A DNA stretch of 64,000 nucleotides, from NCBI RefSeq assembly GCF_009914755.1, contig NC_060927.1; one strand, given 5' to 3'. The translations under genes and the position numbers were made by a program. Numbering within the stretch: the first letter of the stretch is position 1; every line of letters begins with the position of its first letter. Shown piece by piece: positions 42,760 to 60,250 of this stretch. The notes below the pieces were generated by a model that saw nothing but the letters and a program-made list of their open reading frames with translations, was not told the origin of the DNA and ran no database searches. The stretch is from the human T2T-CHM13v2.0 reference genome, Homo sapiens.

Positions 42760-43270
42760 CTGATCACGTCACCCCTCCTGCTTAAAACCCATCTGTGAAT
42801 TCTCTTAGTTCTTAGGATAAATGCCAAAATCCTCAGCAGAACCCACAAGGCCTGCATGCTTGTCCCGATTACCTCTCAATCCTCCTCCTCCTTGCCACCT
42901 CCACCCTGCTCAGCCACACCTGTGTTCTTCAGTCTTTCCATCCCCAGAGCCTTTGCATGCACGGTTGCCTTGGTCTGCAGCGCTCCTTTAACCTGGCTAA
43001 CACCCATTCAGCTCCCTATCACCATTTGTCCTTCCTTGAACCCTCAGCTAGGTCAGATGCCTTGTGAAATGCTTTCACAGATCTGAATTCTGCTCCTTCA
43101 GAGCCTTATCTCAGGTTGTAATCATACATCTTATATATATGATTATCTGATTAATGAGGAAGAAAACCCCATGTGAGGGGGCACTGTATCTGTTTTCACT
43201 TATCACTGTATCGCCATCAATCAATACTTGTTGAATACACAATAATGAGTGAGTAGTGAATGAATGAATC
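42760..43270 (+). mobile_element. L2 3' end
   Basis: atcacgtcacccctcctgcttaaaacc...tcaatacttgttgaat...gaatgaatgaa. Confidence 0.75.
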
Positions 43271-43599
43271 TTCTACCCTACTCCCCAAACCCAAGCCTTC
43301 CCTGACACCACCATTCCCATCACAGCCTTTGCCTGTGAAGAATCTCCATCTGCCTGCTCTCATGTGTCTAGTCTATAACCTTTCTTCCTCCTTGGAAGAC
43401 CACATCCTTCAGTTAATCCTTCCCCACTAGGTCTGAGCTCCAGGAAGGCAGGCATCATGCCCATTTCCTTCACCTCTGTAACCCCAGTACCTAACATAGA
43501 AGTGTTCTGTGAATGTTTATTGAATGAATGACTTCTCATCTTTAAAGCTATCTGGGCCACACTGCTAGATGGTCCCACAAATTTGGTTATCCTCTTTGT

Positions 43600-43910
43600 T
43601 CACAAAGATAGAATTTTAGCTGGGCTCACCACTGCCCCCAGGAAAAAAATTTCCCAGCTTCCCTTGCAACTAAGGGTGCCCATGTGACTAAGAGTTTTCC
43701 AGTGGAATGTGAGTGGATGTGACGGTGACCCAGCCTCAACATGCAGATGAATGAAACATCCTAGAAAATGGCAGAGCAACAATGTAGAAGGAACGAGGAC
43801 CCTGAATGACCTCATGGAGCAGAGCCTCCAAGACAGCTTAAGCCAGAGAGAAATTGACTTCTATCTTATTCAAGCATAGTACTTTGGGGTGTCTCTATTC
43901 TAACTAACAC
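43600..43910 (+). mobile_element. MLT1J-like LTR fragment
   Basis: tttcccagcttcccttgcaactaagggtgcccatgtgactaag...gatggcagagcaac-like...ccctgaatgacctcatggagcagagc. Confidence 0.6.
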
Positions 43911-46249
43911 CTCGTTATTTACAGACCTCCAAGCCACAGCAAATGTAAACTTGGCTGCCAGCACACAGCCTTCCTCATGACTTCCACTCTTGCAGTCATC
44001 CAGGGCCACAGAAATATCCATGCTGATGACCAGTTATCACCCTGACTTCATTTCTTCATCCTCACTAATCAAACTGTCTTCCATTCCATCCCTTCTTAGA
44101 ACTTACTCATATGGCCCCACCCTGACCTTGTCAACTCCCAGGAACTGCCCTACCTCTGAAATCCTCAACTAGAAACCCCCTCTTTCTAGCTACAACTTCT
44201 CATCCCTCTGTTTCTACCTGACTCAACTATCCCTGTTCTTCAGCCTCCTGGAGACCCCTAGTCCTCGGGCTCTTAATCCTTCTGCGAACCAGCAGCCTTG
44301 AGAGACATGATGCTCTCCCACCATCAGCAGAAGCTCACCTGTGACAGCAATTCTTCTGGGCAGGAGAAAGGGGGAGGATTGATCCTCCAGGGCTGAGGGT
44401 GGTCCTGCAGTGGCTTTTTCAGCCTCCATCCTACCTGCCCTCACTATAGCCTTGCCTTGACTGCTCACTCTCCCCACAATTCCAATTTGGATCAAGACAC
44501 AGAGGCCCTGACTCATCCTGCTGGTTTCCCCTCACTGCCTCTTCACTCTCTCTCTCATTCTCCATTGCTAGTTCCCTTCTGTACTTACACATTTGACATT
44601 TGCTGCTTCCCAGGAGTCATTTATCTTCCTCTTCTCTACCTATGTTCCCCTGCAGCAACCCTCCCCAGGCCTATGCCTCACTTTGCACACATGCTGACAT
44701 GCCCACATCCATGGCCCATCCACTGACCTTGCTCCTAAATTCTGGGAGCTGAATTCCCTGCTGTCAACGCCTAGGGGGGGAGCAGGAAGTTGGGACCGCA
44801 TTCCTTTCCCAAGCCCCTAGCTTTTGGCCAGCTCTGTCCTTGGGATGTGCTGGTTTTAAGAAACATCCCCAGATGTCCAGGGTGCAACTTCAGGAAGGAG
44901 GAGAATCCAGCTCCTAAACTCTACTCTGCAGCATCTGCTGAAGGCCATCAACTCATCCCACTTCAGATTGAAAGCAAAAGCTATTTTCTCTACTTCTACA
45001 CAAGAGCCCAGCCTAGATATCTTTCAGTCCTCAGCATGCCTCGCTGTTTTCTTCCCACCCTACTCCTCCCTCAAGACTGCCTCCAAGCGCACTCCATGGT
45101 GCATGCAGAAGCAGAAAATACCTCCAGGGAACTAAATCCACCTAATGACAAATAATGGTAGCTATAGCATTTGTACAGCCATTTCCAATTCACAAAGTGC
45201 TTTTTTCACAGACATTAGCTCCTTGATTCCCCACCACAAGTCTATGCGGTAGGTGACACTCTCCCCACTTCTGCAGGGGAGTAAAAGGAAACCCGGAGAG
45301 GTTAAGAGACACATCCAAGGGTATAACTAGCAAGTGGCAGCATGTCTTTGTCAACAGGAGTGCAACGAAGTCAGAAGTGAGGTCTAAAATGCAGTCTTGA
45401 CTTAGCCCAATAGCCCATCAAAGACAGCCTGGCCCCAGGCCCTCTCCAGTCCTTTGCTTGGATCTGGACAAACTCAGACATTTCATCCTAAAGCCCCATT
45501 TTTGCCAGTGGCAGGAGCCCAACCATCGTCTCTGCTGTTAGCAACTGCTCCAAGTGTGCTCAGAAGTCACCTGATTGGTCAGAAGCAACCCCACCCCGCT
45601 CAGGACTGGAGCTGAGGCCCTGCAGGAGAATCTAGTGCACGTGTGCCCTCCCTCACTGAAACCAAGGCCCAGCACATCACGCATGAGCAGGATGTGCAGT
45701 TCCTGCAGCTGGTTTCAGAATGAATCCTTTGTTTCCATTCACCTGCGCTTTTTAACATCCGCTTAACAACTTTCAAAAGCCCAAAGGTGGCAGAATGAAA
45801 TTACTTAGAATAAAAGACATTCCAAATGGAGACCTCTTTCTGGGTTTTCAGCCATCTTTTCGTACGTGCTTGGAGGCAAGCCAACTAAAAGATGTGTTTC
45901 TTAAACCAAGTAAGCTGTTAAGTAACAAACTGGTCCTGCAGATATGAGGAAAGAGAGAAGGGAGAAAAAGGAAAAACCTATTGATTCATAATCTCTCATT
46001 CATTCATTTTTTGGGCCCCTACTCAGCCAGACTGGCACAGAGTGGCAACATGAATATGCATATTTATATTCTGATATGTTACAGTGGTTAGGAGCATGAA
46101 CCCTGGAGCCAGACCCTGTGGTGCCTCTCCAGGAGTTAGAGAAAGGTGTCCCTTCCTCCCAACAGTCACAGCTCTGCACCCAGGTGAGAGCAAGATTTCA
46201 GACTCAACTGATCCTTCCACCCTTGTGGACCCTTGTGCAGTGCATGGCC

Positions 46250-46470
46250 AGCACAACTGTACATGGTAGCACTGATTTCAATCCCGGCTCGTTCAGCTAT
46301 TGTGTAACCCTGGGCAAGTTTCTGAGCCTCTCTGTGGATCTATCTGTTCATCTAGGAAATGAGGATAGTAATAGTATCTATCTTACAATATTGGGGAGCA
46401 TGAAATAAAATAATGCACAGGAAGTGCTTAGCACAGAACCTGACTGCAAAGAAGCACTTTGTAAGTATGA
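46250..46470 (+). mobile_element. MIR
   Basis: tgtgtaaccctgggcaagtttctgagcctctctg...gaaatgaggatagtaatagtatcta...gtgcttagcacag. Confidence 0.8.
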
Positions 46471-48974
46471 TTATAATCATTACATATGAGACATAGCCCC
46501 TGCCCTTGTGGAGTTGACAGTCTGGTGGGAGAGGCAGATTGTAAAAACATTATATCTGTTTATGTCCAGGGTTGGAGGTGGGGTAGCAGGACATGAGTGA
46601 GAAAACTGCTCTTGATGGGTGAGTAGGAATTCAAGCAGCAAAGAAAAGGTGGGCGTGGGAGGAAGACTATTCAAGGCTTTGAGGACAGTATGTACAAAGG
46701 TAGAGGAGTTACATGTCATTGCATGTTCCAGGAACAGTGAGAAGTTCCCACACTATTAACTACTAATTATGAATTTCTGCTAAGCTGAAATGCACAATAA
46801 GTGAGTAAATAATTCCCTCCAGTGCCAAACTTATGAGTCTCAACACTTGGGAAACTCAAAGTAGCCATACTTGGCATCACTTAGGCCAACGCCTTGTGAA
46901 GTTGACAATGGCTTTGAATTAACCAATACCACATTTCTCAGGTTACTCCAGGACCTGGAATGTTATTGCTTGCTAGAGAATCACTAAATTGGAGTTCCCT
47001 CTGGTACAGAAGGAAGGGGATCAGTGCTTTCTGAAGGGGAGGATGGGTTAGGGGGGAAAAGCCTTGGAAGTCAGGGTTCCTGGGTTCCTGCCCCACTTTC
47101 TAGGCAAGTCATGGTCCCCTTTCCTGAGCCTCAGTTTCCTCTCCTGTAAAATGAAGGGGGCTGGGTTGGAGTTTCTTCCAACTGGGAGACAGTACACCTA
47201 ACTGCTTACAGCCTGGACTTTAAAGTCAGACAAGCCTGTGTTGACATTTGTTAAGAGGACAAAATGAAGATTTAATCTATGTAAAGCACCTGACACCGCC
47301 CCACAGGAAGCACAGATGAAATGATAGAAGATTTGATCACTGCCGTTTAGACAGTGCTGGTGTGTGGGATGTGTGGGTGAATGTCCGTAGAAGAAACCGC
47401 CCCCAGTCTCACACCTCTCAAATCTACAAACCAAAACTCTTTGACACTTGGGAAGTTTTTGAGCCTGCCGAAGCCCTGCATCAGGTCAGTGCAATGAACT
47501 CCATACACTTGAGACTAGGTAACATTGTCTTAGTATTTGGCTTGAATGAACTTTCTGTGTTTTTTTACGTGGAAAACACTCACATGACAGCCTCGGAGTA
47601 GTAGTGCGGGGAGCAGCGGGGTGGGGGCAAGAGGGTTCCAGGGGAAAGAAACTCTCCAGCAGCAAAAGAATGTGACTCACACTCTCACACAACAGAAGAG
47701 AGGCGACCTGAGCAGAGGTGGACTGCTTTTTAGGAAGTCGCACTCAAATGGTCTTCATGGCTCCAAATGGGGAGAAGGTTTTAGCACACAGTCCCTGAAG
47801 ACTCATGGACATTCCCGGTGGTTCTGATTGTGAATGATGCTGAAATCAACCATTGCAAAATACTCCCAGCATACCCTTTCCTCTGCACCTTCGCCCAGCG
47901 AGGCAGATGCTCTTATGGAGCTACTTCACAAGCGTGGGTCTGAGGCCCAAGGAGGTGAGGGCACATGCCCAGGTCACACACCACAGACACCTGCCCTCAG
48001 GCCTCGGACGCCACAGCTCAGCACTGCTCCTCTCCCCCAAGCCCTTCACTTGCTGGTGTGTAATGAGCACTGTCTCAGCGCTGGGGGAGCCATGAAGAGG
48101 CCTGGGTCACACAGTGTCCTCACGCTCCAGCCTGCTGGCAGAGCAAGGCCATGGGATTCAGGCCTGTTCTGTCCCTCAGCAGCAGGACAGCGCACGCATC
48201 TGAGGAGTGCTGATCCTGGCCTTGGGCAGTAAGCTTCCGCCAGCTGTGCCCTGCTATAGATGGCCTGACCCTTCAGGGCCTGGGCCCCACAACAGAATAT
48301 TGTGGAAGAGAAACCCAAGAACCCCTGAGGCCCCAGCAGCCTCCACAGAGCCCCATGAGAACCTGAAAAAGTCCTGGAAACCTGAGGTCCCCTCTCCCTC
48401 ACTACTGGAAAAGAATTAAGACAACGTGTTACTCCTTGGGCCCCAGGCAGAGGCCAAGCTGCCCTCGAAACATCCAATCTGCTCCAAGTTCAGAGGCAGC
48501 CTCCAGCGCATGGGAAGAGGGTGAGGCTGGGTCAGAGCCCTGCATTTAAATCCCCACTCTGCCACTTAAGACAATTCTGGAACATCTGTGCGCCTCAGTT
48601 CTCTCCTCTCCAAAATGGGAATGCCCACAGTGCTAACAGCACAGGATTGCCCTGAGGGTCAAGTGGGATAATAAATGAGAAGGACTTTTTTTGTGAACTG
48701 AAGCCCTATAAAAATAAGTGGGATTATGAGTCTTATTATCCCTCGCATGGTTCTACATGACTTGGAAGGACATCCAAGAGTTTCTCATCAGAACCTTATT
48801 AAAATTCTTATTAAAGTCTTATTAAAAGTTTTTTTATTATTATTAAAATCTTTGCCTGGATGCTTCAAAATAGCCCCTGTGTGCCCAAACTAAATATGAT
48901 GTGAAGGAACCAGATAGCTAAAGTACACCAACCCATACTCAGAGGTGAGAGGCTCTGATGGGATCCAAATACTA

Positions 48975-49720
<746 letters not shown>

Positions 49721-51139
49721 CATTACCAATACCTTCCCCCAAACCTCTCAGGTGCTCAGAGCCTGGATCCCCAGCTCCTGTCTGCCTCCTCACATGTTGT
49801 CTCTCATCTGTTTCCAGCCGAGCTCTGGGCTGGCCATGGTGAAATGTCCAACCCAAGACTTCAAGACTAACCCCTTTCTGGCCCCAGGAGCTGGGCCTCT
49901 CCTGGGCACTTGATGGAAGAGCCACAGATACAACGTCATAGGATCAAAACGACAAAGTGCACAGACCCTCCACTGACAGTAACAGAGAGAGCTGGGGAGT
50001 GAGAAGGGCAAGCGCAGACTAGAAGGGTGAGACAGAGACGGGATATGCCCTGGAAGGAGGCCCTGGTGCGGGGCCATTGCAGAGGCTATGTCTAGTGCGG
50101 TAGATGAGACTCTAGGTGGCACAGGGACGCCGCAGGCAGGAAGGCCAGAGGGAGAAGTAAACAGAAACAGTCATGTGAGAGGAAGCTGGGAAGCTACCAA
50201 GGCAAACAGGAGAGGTGGTGGGGCATGGCTCGTGGCCACAAGCCCCTAAGCACTGTGCACCAGGGCCAGCCGAGTCAGCTGGCCTGGCGCAGTGATGCTG
50301 CTTGCACTGCTGGGAGGTATGGCCACATCTGGCCCAGCTCTGAGCTGGGCGCTTCCCACACTCCCTGCTTCAGCGGCAACAGGGCAGGAAAGCTTCAGCA
50401 GGCCGAATGGAGCAGCACTGCACACAGATGTTTGCAAGTGCTTTGTGCACCACCCACATAAGCACAGAGGACAGGCTTACAGCCCAAAGTTCTAATGCCG
50501 GGGCTGTGCCTGACTCTGGCAGGCCCCAGATGATGGTCTTGGGTCATTGCCAGTGAAAGCACTACCCTCCTTCAGGAGAGTATCTGTTTGAGAGTCACTG
50601 ACACCTACTAAGATATGAAAAGAAGGCGCAAACATAAAATAAAACAGTTCCTGCACTCAAGCCGCTCACTGGACAGTGGGAGAAATAGCTGAGCAAAGAG
50701 GCAGTTTGAATGAACTAGAATAAGAGCAGAGAGGAGAAGATGATGGGGAGAGGTGGGCCTGGAGGCTGATAGGATGCTTGCTGGAGAAGACACTGAAGCA
50801 GAAATCTAAGCATCAATCCCTCCAACGGGCAACTCTGTCGCAATCCAGTGGCTTCACACATGTTGTTACTTCTGCCTGGACCCTCCCCACCCCTGCCCAC
50901 CTCTCCTCCCCATTCTTCAGGCCACTTCCTGAGACCTGACCATTGTCCCAGCCACCCACCTCCACCCCTGCCATAATTCTCTCCCCGAACACTGCTCTTT
51001 CCCATCACGGGACATATTGCAGTCTCTTAGTAAACATCTATTGGTGTTTGCTTCTTAACATTACCCCCAGAGCATGGGAACCAAGTTCATTTCCCACTGC
51101 AGCCCAGCACAATGCCAGGCACGTGATCATGCTCAAAAA

Positions 51140-51585
51140 GCACTTATTGGTACACAGTGTTCACAGGAGCACCATTCATAATGTGTCCATCGACGGATGG
51201 ATGGGTCAACCAGATGCGGTCTAGGCACACAGTGGGGCACAACTCAGCCTTCAAAAGGAAGAGAATGGATGGACCTTGGGGACAGTATGCTAAGTGAAAT
51301 AAGCCAGTCACAAAAGGACAAATCGTGTAAGAATCCACTTATATGAGGTACCTAGAGGAGTCAGATTCACAGACAGGGACTAGAGGAAGGAGGGAATGAG
51401 GAGTTATTGTTTAGTTTGTACAGTTTCAGTTTTTCAGGTTGAAAAGAGTTCTGGAGACAGATGGTGGTGATGGCTGCACAGCAATGTGATATATCTAATG
51501 CCACTGAACTGTACGTTGTAAAATGGTTAAGATGGTACATTTTCTGCTATGTGTTTTTTATCACAATTAAAATAATTTTTAAAGG
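51140..51585 (+). mobile_element. L1MB 3' end
   Basis: atgctaagtgaaataagccagtcacaaaaggacaaa...ccacttatatgaggtacctaga...aatgccactgaactgtac. Confidence 0.88.
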
Positions 51586-53062
51586 GTGGAAGTGTTTAAC
51601 AAATGAGTAAATGAGGAAGTGAAGATGGGAGGAAGGAAGAAAGGAAACGGAGGGAGAAAGCAAGGTGGAGGGAGTAGGGAAGGAGAGCAGGAGACTGCGG
51701 GCAGAATGAAGGGAGAAAAACCACCACCACCACTACTTAGTAAGCACCGACTTCATGGCAGGTGCTGCACTGAAGGCGTCATATTGATCATCTCACTGAA
51801 TGTACCAGCAAAGACGCACAGGCGGGAGTTCACCTAAGGTTTCAGGACCCATGAAAGAATTCCAGCCTCGCCTGACCTTGCCCGTTCTCACCAGAGGGAA
51901 GTCGCACCCAGACGGGAGTGAGGGGGCTGGAATCTGCTACTTCTCCTCCAGGGGGACTCCCATTTGCAAAGTTCTCCCCATGTTTTTCATCTCATTTGAT
52001 CCTCCCGAGGAGGAATCAGTACTCGCAGCTGACAGAGGAGGAAACTGAGGGCAGCAGAAAGCAAGTGTAGGCTTGTTCCTGAGGCTCATGGGAGTGACTG
52101 AGGCCCATGTGAGAAATGGGAGCAGCTCAGCAAAGGAAGACACCAGGGAGGCGTCATTCCGTGGACTGGGAGGACTGTGTGCAGGAGTGGGGGTGATAGC
52201 ACTCAGTGCATGCAGGCACTGCTGGGCCTCATTCCCACAGTCCCCCTACATCCGAAACTCCCCGGGATGCTTAGGAACACAGGCCCTGTCAGCCAAACAC
52301 CTAGGAGGCTGACAATGGTTTGTTTGTCAGCCAGATGTTCCAACATCATTTAAGCATGAGCTTAAATCCCAAGCCAAAATAATTCCGTTAATTAAAAAAA
52401 GAAAGAAAGAACTCATCCATATCTCAGAACTCCCACAGCAGGCTGGTTTCTATCTCTAACAGGGCACTTCACCTGTCTTATACTTTGGTTTCTTATGGTT
52501 TCTTCTGCACTGCTCTGTCTCCCCTACTAGACGACGGGTGTCCTACGAAAAGAGAGCATTTTGTTTGCCTCTGTATCCCCAATTCCTAGCACAAGCCAGG
52601 GCCACAGAAAGTCCTGGATAAACATTTACAGAATGAATGTGCATTTTGCTGTGAACTCATCATGAACATGACACAGAGCCCTATTCCCCTGAGGGAAGAC
52701 ACAGCTGGATGGTCCCAGAAGGACCCAGCACGGGGAGCCCTCAAGGTGGGGCAGCTCAGGGAAAGGCTGGTCTGCTATGGGGAAAAGCTGGGACTCTGGG
52801 TACCCCCAGGCAATGAGGATGCAGCTTTGTGCCGCATTCCTGGCACTCCTAGCACCACGCCTGGTACAGGAAATATTTGTGGAGTTGAGCCTGTGCCAGG
52901 TCTACATTCTTTCTGTTCTAGACCATCAACGGAAATCAACACTTTACCAGCATGTCCCAAACCAGGTGTGGTCCTTGGGATGCTTCTACATGTTTAGAGA
53001 GAAAAAGGGCTCCGTTATCAGCAAAGGTGATTTCCCACCTCTTGAGGGATTAAAGTGCATAG

Positions 53063-53420
<358 letters not shown>

Positions 53421-53719
53421 TAGCTTGGGATTCTTAATCCCTCCACATGTTCATTTCTCTTCTGTAACACAGGGTGATGATGGCATCTGTCACACAAGGC
53501 TATGATGAGATGGCATGAAAATGCATATGAAGGGCCTCATAGGGTACCTACCATGTAGGAAGCCCTTCATAAATGGCAGTTACACTAATGATCATAAGAA
53601 ATAAATATTACTGTTATTAGTATATGTTGTGACTCTCCAAAAGGAGCACAGATTAGACAGTGTTCCTCAGATTTATTTGACCACAGATTTTACCCACAAG
53701 TAATCATCCATGGGACTCC

Positions 53720-54127
53720 TGTGTTAGTCCATTATTGCACTGCTATAAAGAAATGTCTGAGGTTGGGTAATATATAAGAAAAGAGGTTTAATTGGCTCAT
53801 GGTTCTGCAGGCTGTACAGGAAGCATGGTGGCACCTGCTTCTGGGGAGGCCTCAGGAGGCTTCCAATCATGGTGGAAGTCAAAGTAGGAGCAGGTGCATC
53901 ACACTGTAAAAGCAGAAGCAAGTGGGGGGCGGGGAGGAACCACACACTTTTAAACAGCTGTATCTCTCAAGAACTCACTCACTCATCACCAAGGAGATGG
54001 GCTAAGCCATTCAAGAGGGATTCCTCCTCTACCCTGACCCAAACTCCTCCCACCAGGCCCTACCCCAACAGTGGGGATCACATTTCAACATGAGATTTGG
54101 GCAGGGACAAATATCCAGACTGTATCA
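53720..54127 (-). mobile_element. MSTA/MSTB MaLR solo LTR
   Basis: tgtgttagtcc...gggacaaatatccagactgtatca; perfect TSD actcc (53715-19, 54128-32). Confidence 0.92.
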
Positions 54128-54339
54128 ACTCCACTTAAAAGACAGAAACCTAAGTCAATAGCAGCAAGGTTATCAGGAGAGCTGGCCTGGGAGGTCCTCA
54201 TTTGCATGACCTTGCTGCTAATGCCTTGATTTTCCTATTTTTTCTATCCTGAGGTTCTTAACCTGAAGTTCAGAGACTGGCTCTAGGGAAGTGTATGCAA
54301 CTAAAACTTCAGGAAAAATCGTGTGTTCAAGGGCACACA

Positions 54340-54720
54340 TTCACTCACCAACTACTGGGCACCAGCTATGTGCCAGACACTCTACTGGGTGATGTGGACA
54401 CAAAAGGAAGCAAAGCCAGGTCCCTCCTGTTACGGAGTCTCCATTCTGGTGAGAGAGACAGATACTGACCAAATAATCCTATAAGAAATTTACAACTTCA
54501 GTTGAAATTGCGATGAAGAGGTTTACGGTGCAATTTGACCATATGTAAAGGAGGCATTAACTAGGTCAGAGGGAGCAGCAAGTTCAAGGCCCTTTGGAAG
54601 GAGGAATGGTGAGTACAAGGAGCAGCGAGGAGGCCGGTGGAACTGGCTGGGGGACCTGGAGGAGGCAGGAGAGATGGTGCAGCCCCTCAGAGACCATGCC
54701 ACGGAGTCTGACCCATGTGC
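54340..54720 (-). mobile_element. L2
   Basis: cattcactcacc...gcaccagctatgtgccagacact...gtccctcctgttacggagtctccattctggtg. Confidence 0.7.
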
Positions 54721-54864
54721 CTTTCTAGGAAGGAGGTCCGTGGCTTTCATGTATACTCAAAGGTCTCCATGATCTTAATACAGTTGAGAGGAGCTCCACT
54801 GTCAGGGGCCCAAGTCCCTGGCTTCATTTGAAGACAGTCAGACCAGCCACTGGGTGCCAAGGAC

Positions 54865-55755
<891 letters not shown>

Positions 55756-56489
55756 TCTCTCCAGTCACAGTTTAAAAAACTGAGATCCAGAGAGGAATCA
55801 ATCATCCAACTTCACAAAGCCAGACAGCAGCACAGCACCTGGGCCTGTAGACTCCCAGGCCAGTGCTCCTGCAGCAGGCTGACGGCATGACGGATGCTCC
55901 CAATGCCTCCCATGGCCTGGATCCCTCCCTTCTCCTACCTCCTCCTCCCAGTCCCTAGGGAGAAGCTGTGCCCCTCTTCTAACCTCAAGGCCCCAGAAAG
56001 AAAAACAAATAGGGCAGGATCTTTGTTCCGCCCTAGACCCGGAGATGTCTCTGGGTACTAATTTCCTTCTGTGGCCAGGACGTGGGCAGCTCAGCTAACC
56101 CTCAGGCCACAGCTGCAACGGTTGCCCAAACCAACTTCACCTCCTTTGCTGTACTGACAGCCCTCTGAGGCCCTGCCCATCTTACCTGACCCCATTCTCC
56201 CCCATGTCCCCTGTTCATACCAGCCTCTGTCCTTCTGAGTTTCCGATCCTGCCCATCGAACAAGATCCATCCACCCAGTAACTTCAGGACACCATACACC
56301 AAGGCTTCAGGACACCATCTCTTCTTGATGCACACAGTCCCAGCTGCCTGGATCACTCCTCTGGGGGTTGGGAGGAGGACTGACTCCTGCCAGCGTATCC
56401 CCTTCCTACTGCCTTGTGTAATTTCTAGTTGTTTCAATATGTTAGGTCGAGATGCACAACTGGATGAGATGCGCAGGTACCATCAAGGC

Positions 56490-56690
56490 TACCAGTCTAG
56501 GCTCTGGAATCAGGCATACCTAAGTTTGAAGCCTGGCTCTGCCTCTTCCTAGAAAAGCAACCTTGGGCAAGTTACTTATCCTTGCTGAGTCTCCATTTTT
56601 TTCATCTGGAAAGTAGAGGTAATAATAGGCATCAAAAGGTTTAACTTAGTTCTTGGCACTTAGTAAGCACCTGGCAAATGTTAGTTATTG
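56490..56690 (+). mobile_element. MIR
   Basis: gctctggaatcaggcatacctaagtttgaagcctggctctgcc...ccttgggcaagttactta. Confidence 0.8.
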
Positions 56691-58199
56691 ATGCTGCTGA
56701 TGTTGAAAATGTCATCAGATGCCATCACCAATGGATGCCTGGTGGCTATAGCCACATGATAAAATAAGAGTAAGGTCACAACAAGAAGTCAACTATTTAG
56801 TTCTCATTCCTGCTCCTGCTCTTCACTCTCCTGAAGGCTTTGCTTTCTCATCTGTACAATGGGTATAACAGCTCTTCCAGGCCTCTGTCACAAGGAAACT
56901 GAGAGAATCAACCGAGGGCATAATAACTAACAACGTCATCTCCACAGAGTGTTACAGTTTGCAACACACTTCCAAGGTGCCATGTTGGCCTTCATAAGAC
57001 CTGACTGTGAAGACGTAGAGGTCAAGCGACTAGCCCAAGGCCACATAGCTACCAAGTGGGAGAATCAAGGCTTGCACACCCACTTTGGGCTGTCCTGTTC
57101 AGTGTTGTGTCCCTGAGGTCCAGCACAGGGCCAGATGCCCGGTCAATACTCAAGTTCTCTTTCTCTACAGAGCCACACTGCCTTCCAGGCTGCAGCCTGC
57201 GAGGCCAACACTTCTGGGGCATCCCCATTGCACTCGGCACAGTGCAGGAACACATGATGTGTTAGAAGGAACTCCTGAATTGAACAGCACTCCAAGACAT
57301 TCAAGAGAAAGGGAGGGACAGAATGGCTTCTACCACCTTTCACAGCTGCCAAGAGAGGTGTGGCCTGGGGAGGACACATTGTCAGTCACCTCGGCAGTGC
57401 AGGGAACAAGATTGAGGAGGGAACACCCAAGGCTCAGGAAGGACAAGTGGCCATTGCTAGGGAACTTTTAGTAGGCAGACAGCTGCCCTCAAGACAGGCT
57501 GTTTGGTTCCCACCCACAGAAAGACACGGAGAGTTAATAAGAGTTACAGCAGGGTGAGCGGGAAGCCACAGGAAGTGAGGCTAGGAGGAAGTTATTCTCA
57601 GCCTGTGTATTCCCCTTACCCTCTCTTGTCCCACCACTTTTCTTTTGGCTGCAGAAGCAGGCGACCACATCGTGTACCCTCAACCACCAAGATGAACTCG
57701 GGGAGCAGGGCGGGGAGGACAGGCCCAGAGGCTGACTTCAAGTCTGGTCCAGTTCCTACAGGCAAGTTTCACCAAAGCAACTGGAGTGGAAGGCGTGGGC
57801 AAAAGCCATACCCTGCAATCACACGAGAAACCCAAACACAAGCATCCTCTCTAAGTCCTACGTGTTCTTCAAACCCTCACTCAGACCTCATCTGCTCCGC
57901 GAATCTGTCTCCTGGCCAGGGCAATTCCCAGAGAGCTTTACCCTGTCTGAATGCAGCCCCGAGAGCAGATCCCAGTTCCCACTGTAGATCCTGAGTTGAA
58001 CATGGCATCAGGAGGCACCCGCCAGCACCTCCTGCAAATGCCAGCGAGTCTCTCCTCAGCATCCCAAGTACACCATCCGCCGGCTTCACTCAGTCATTTC
58101 TCAGCAACAGGAAGCTCACAGTCTCACCAGAAAGTCCAGCCCACTGGATAGGAGAAACTGTGTTCAGACAACAGATGTCTGGAGACACGGAGGCAGCCG

Positions 58200-58420
58200 G
58201 GGGCAGTGGCAAAAAAGTGCATGTGATTTGGAAGCAGGAAACCTGGCTTGCAACCCCAGTTCTGTGAAGCCTCAAGCAAAATCACTTCTTTAAATTTCAG
58301 TTTCCTCCTTTGTAAAATAAGAAGCATAATATACCTATACTTCTCAGGGCTGCTGAGAGAATTGAATGAAATTATGTGTGAAATGTACCGGGAAGTGTCA
58401 CGTGCTGCACAGGTGGGTGG
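58200..58420 (+). mobile_element. MIR
   Basis: ttcagtttcctcctttgtaaaataagaagcataatatacctatacttctcagggctgctgagagaattgaatga. Confidence 0.75.
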
Positions 58421-58529
58421 CATTATTCAAAGACTCAAGAAGGTAAACTTGAGACCCAAAGAAATTTCCAGCATAGGCCATTTCTTTGGTTTAAGGCATT
58501 GAAGGGCCAGCCAAATGGGAAGGTAATGG

Positions 58530-60250
<1,721 letters not shown>

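Noticed and set aside
48175-48194. REST/NRSE-like TCAGCAGC-A-GGACAGCGCA
   Set aside because: Spacer is 1 nt rather than the canonical 2 and the left half has a core mismatch.
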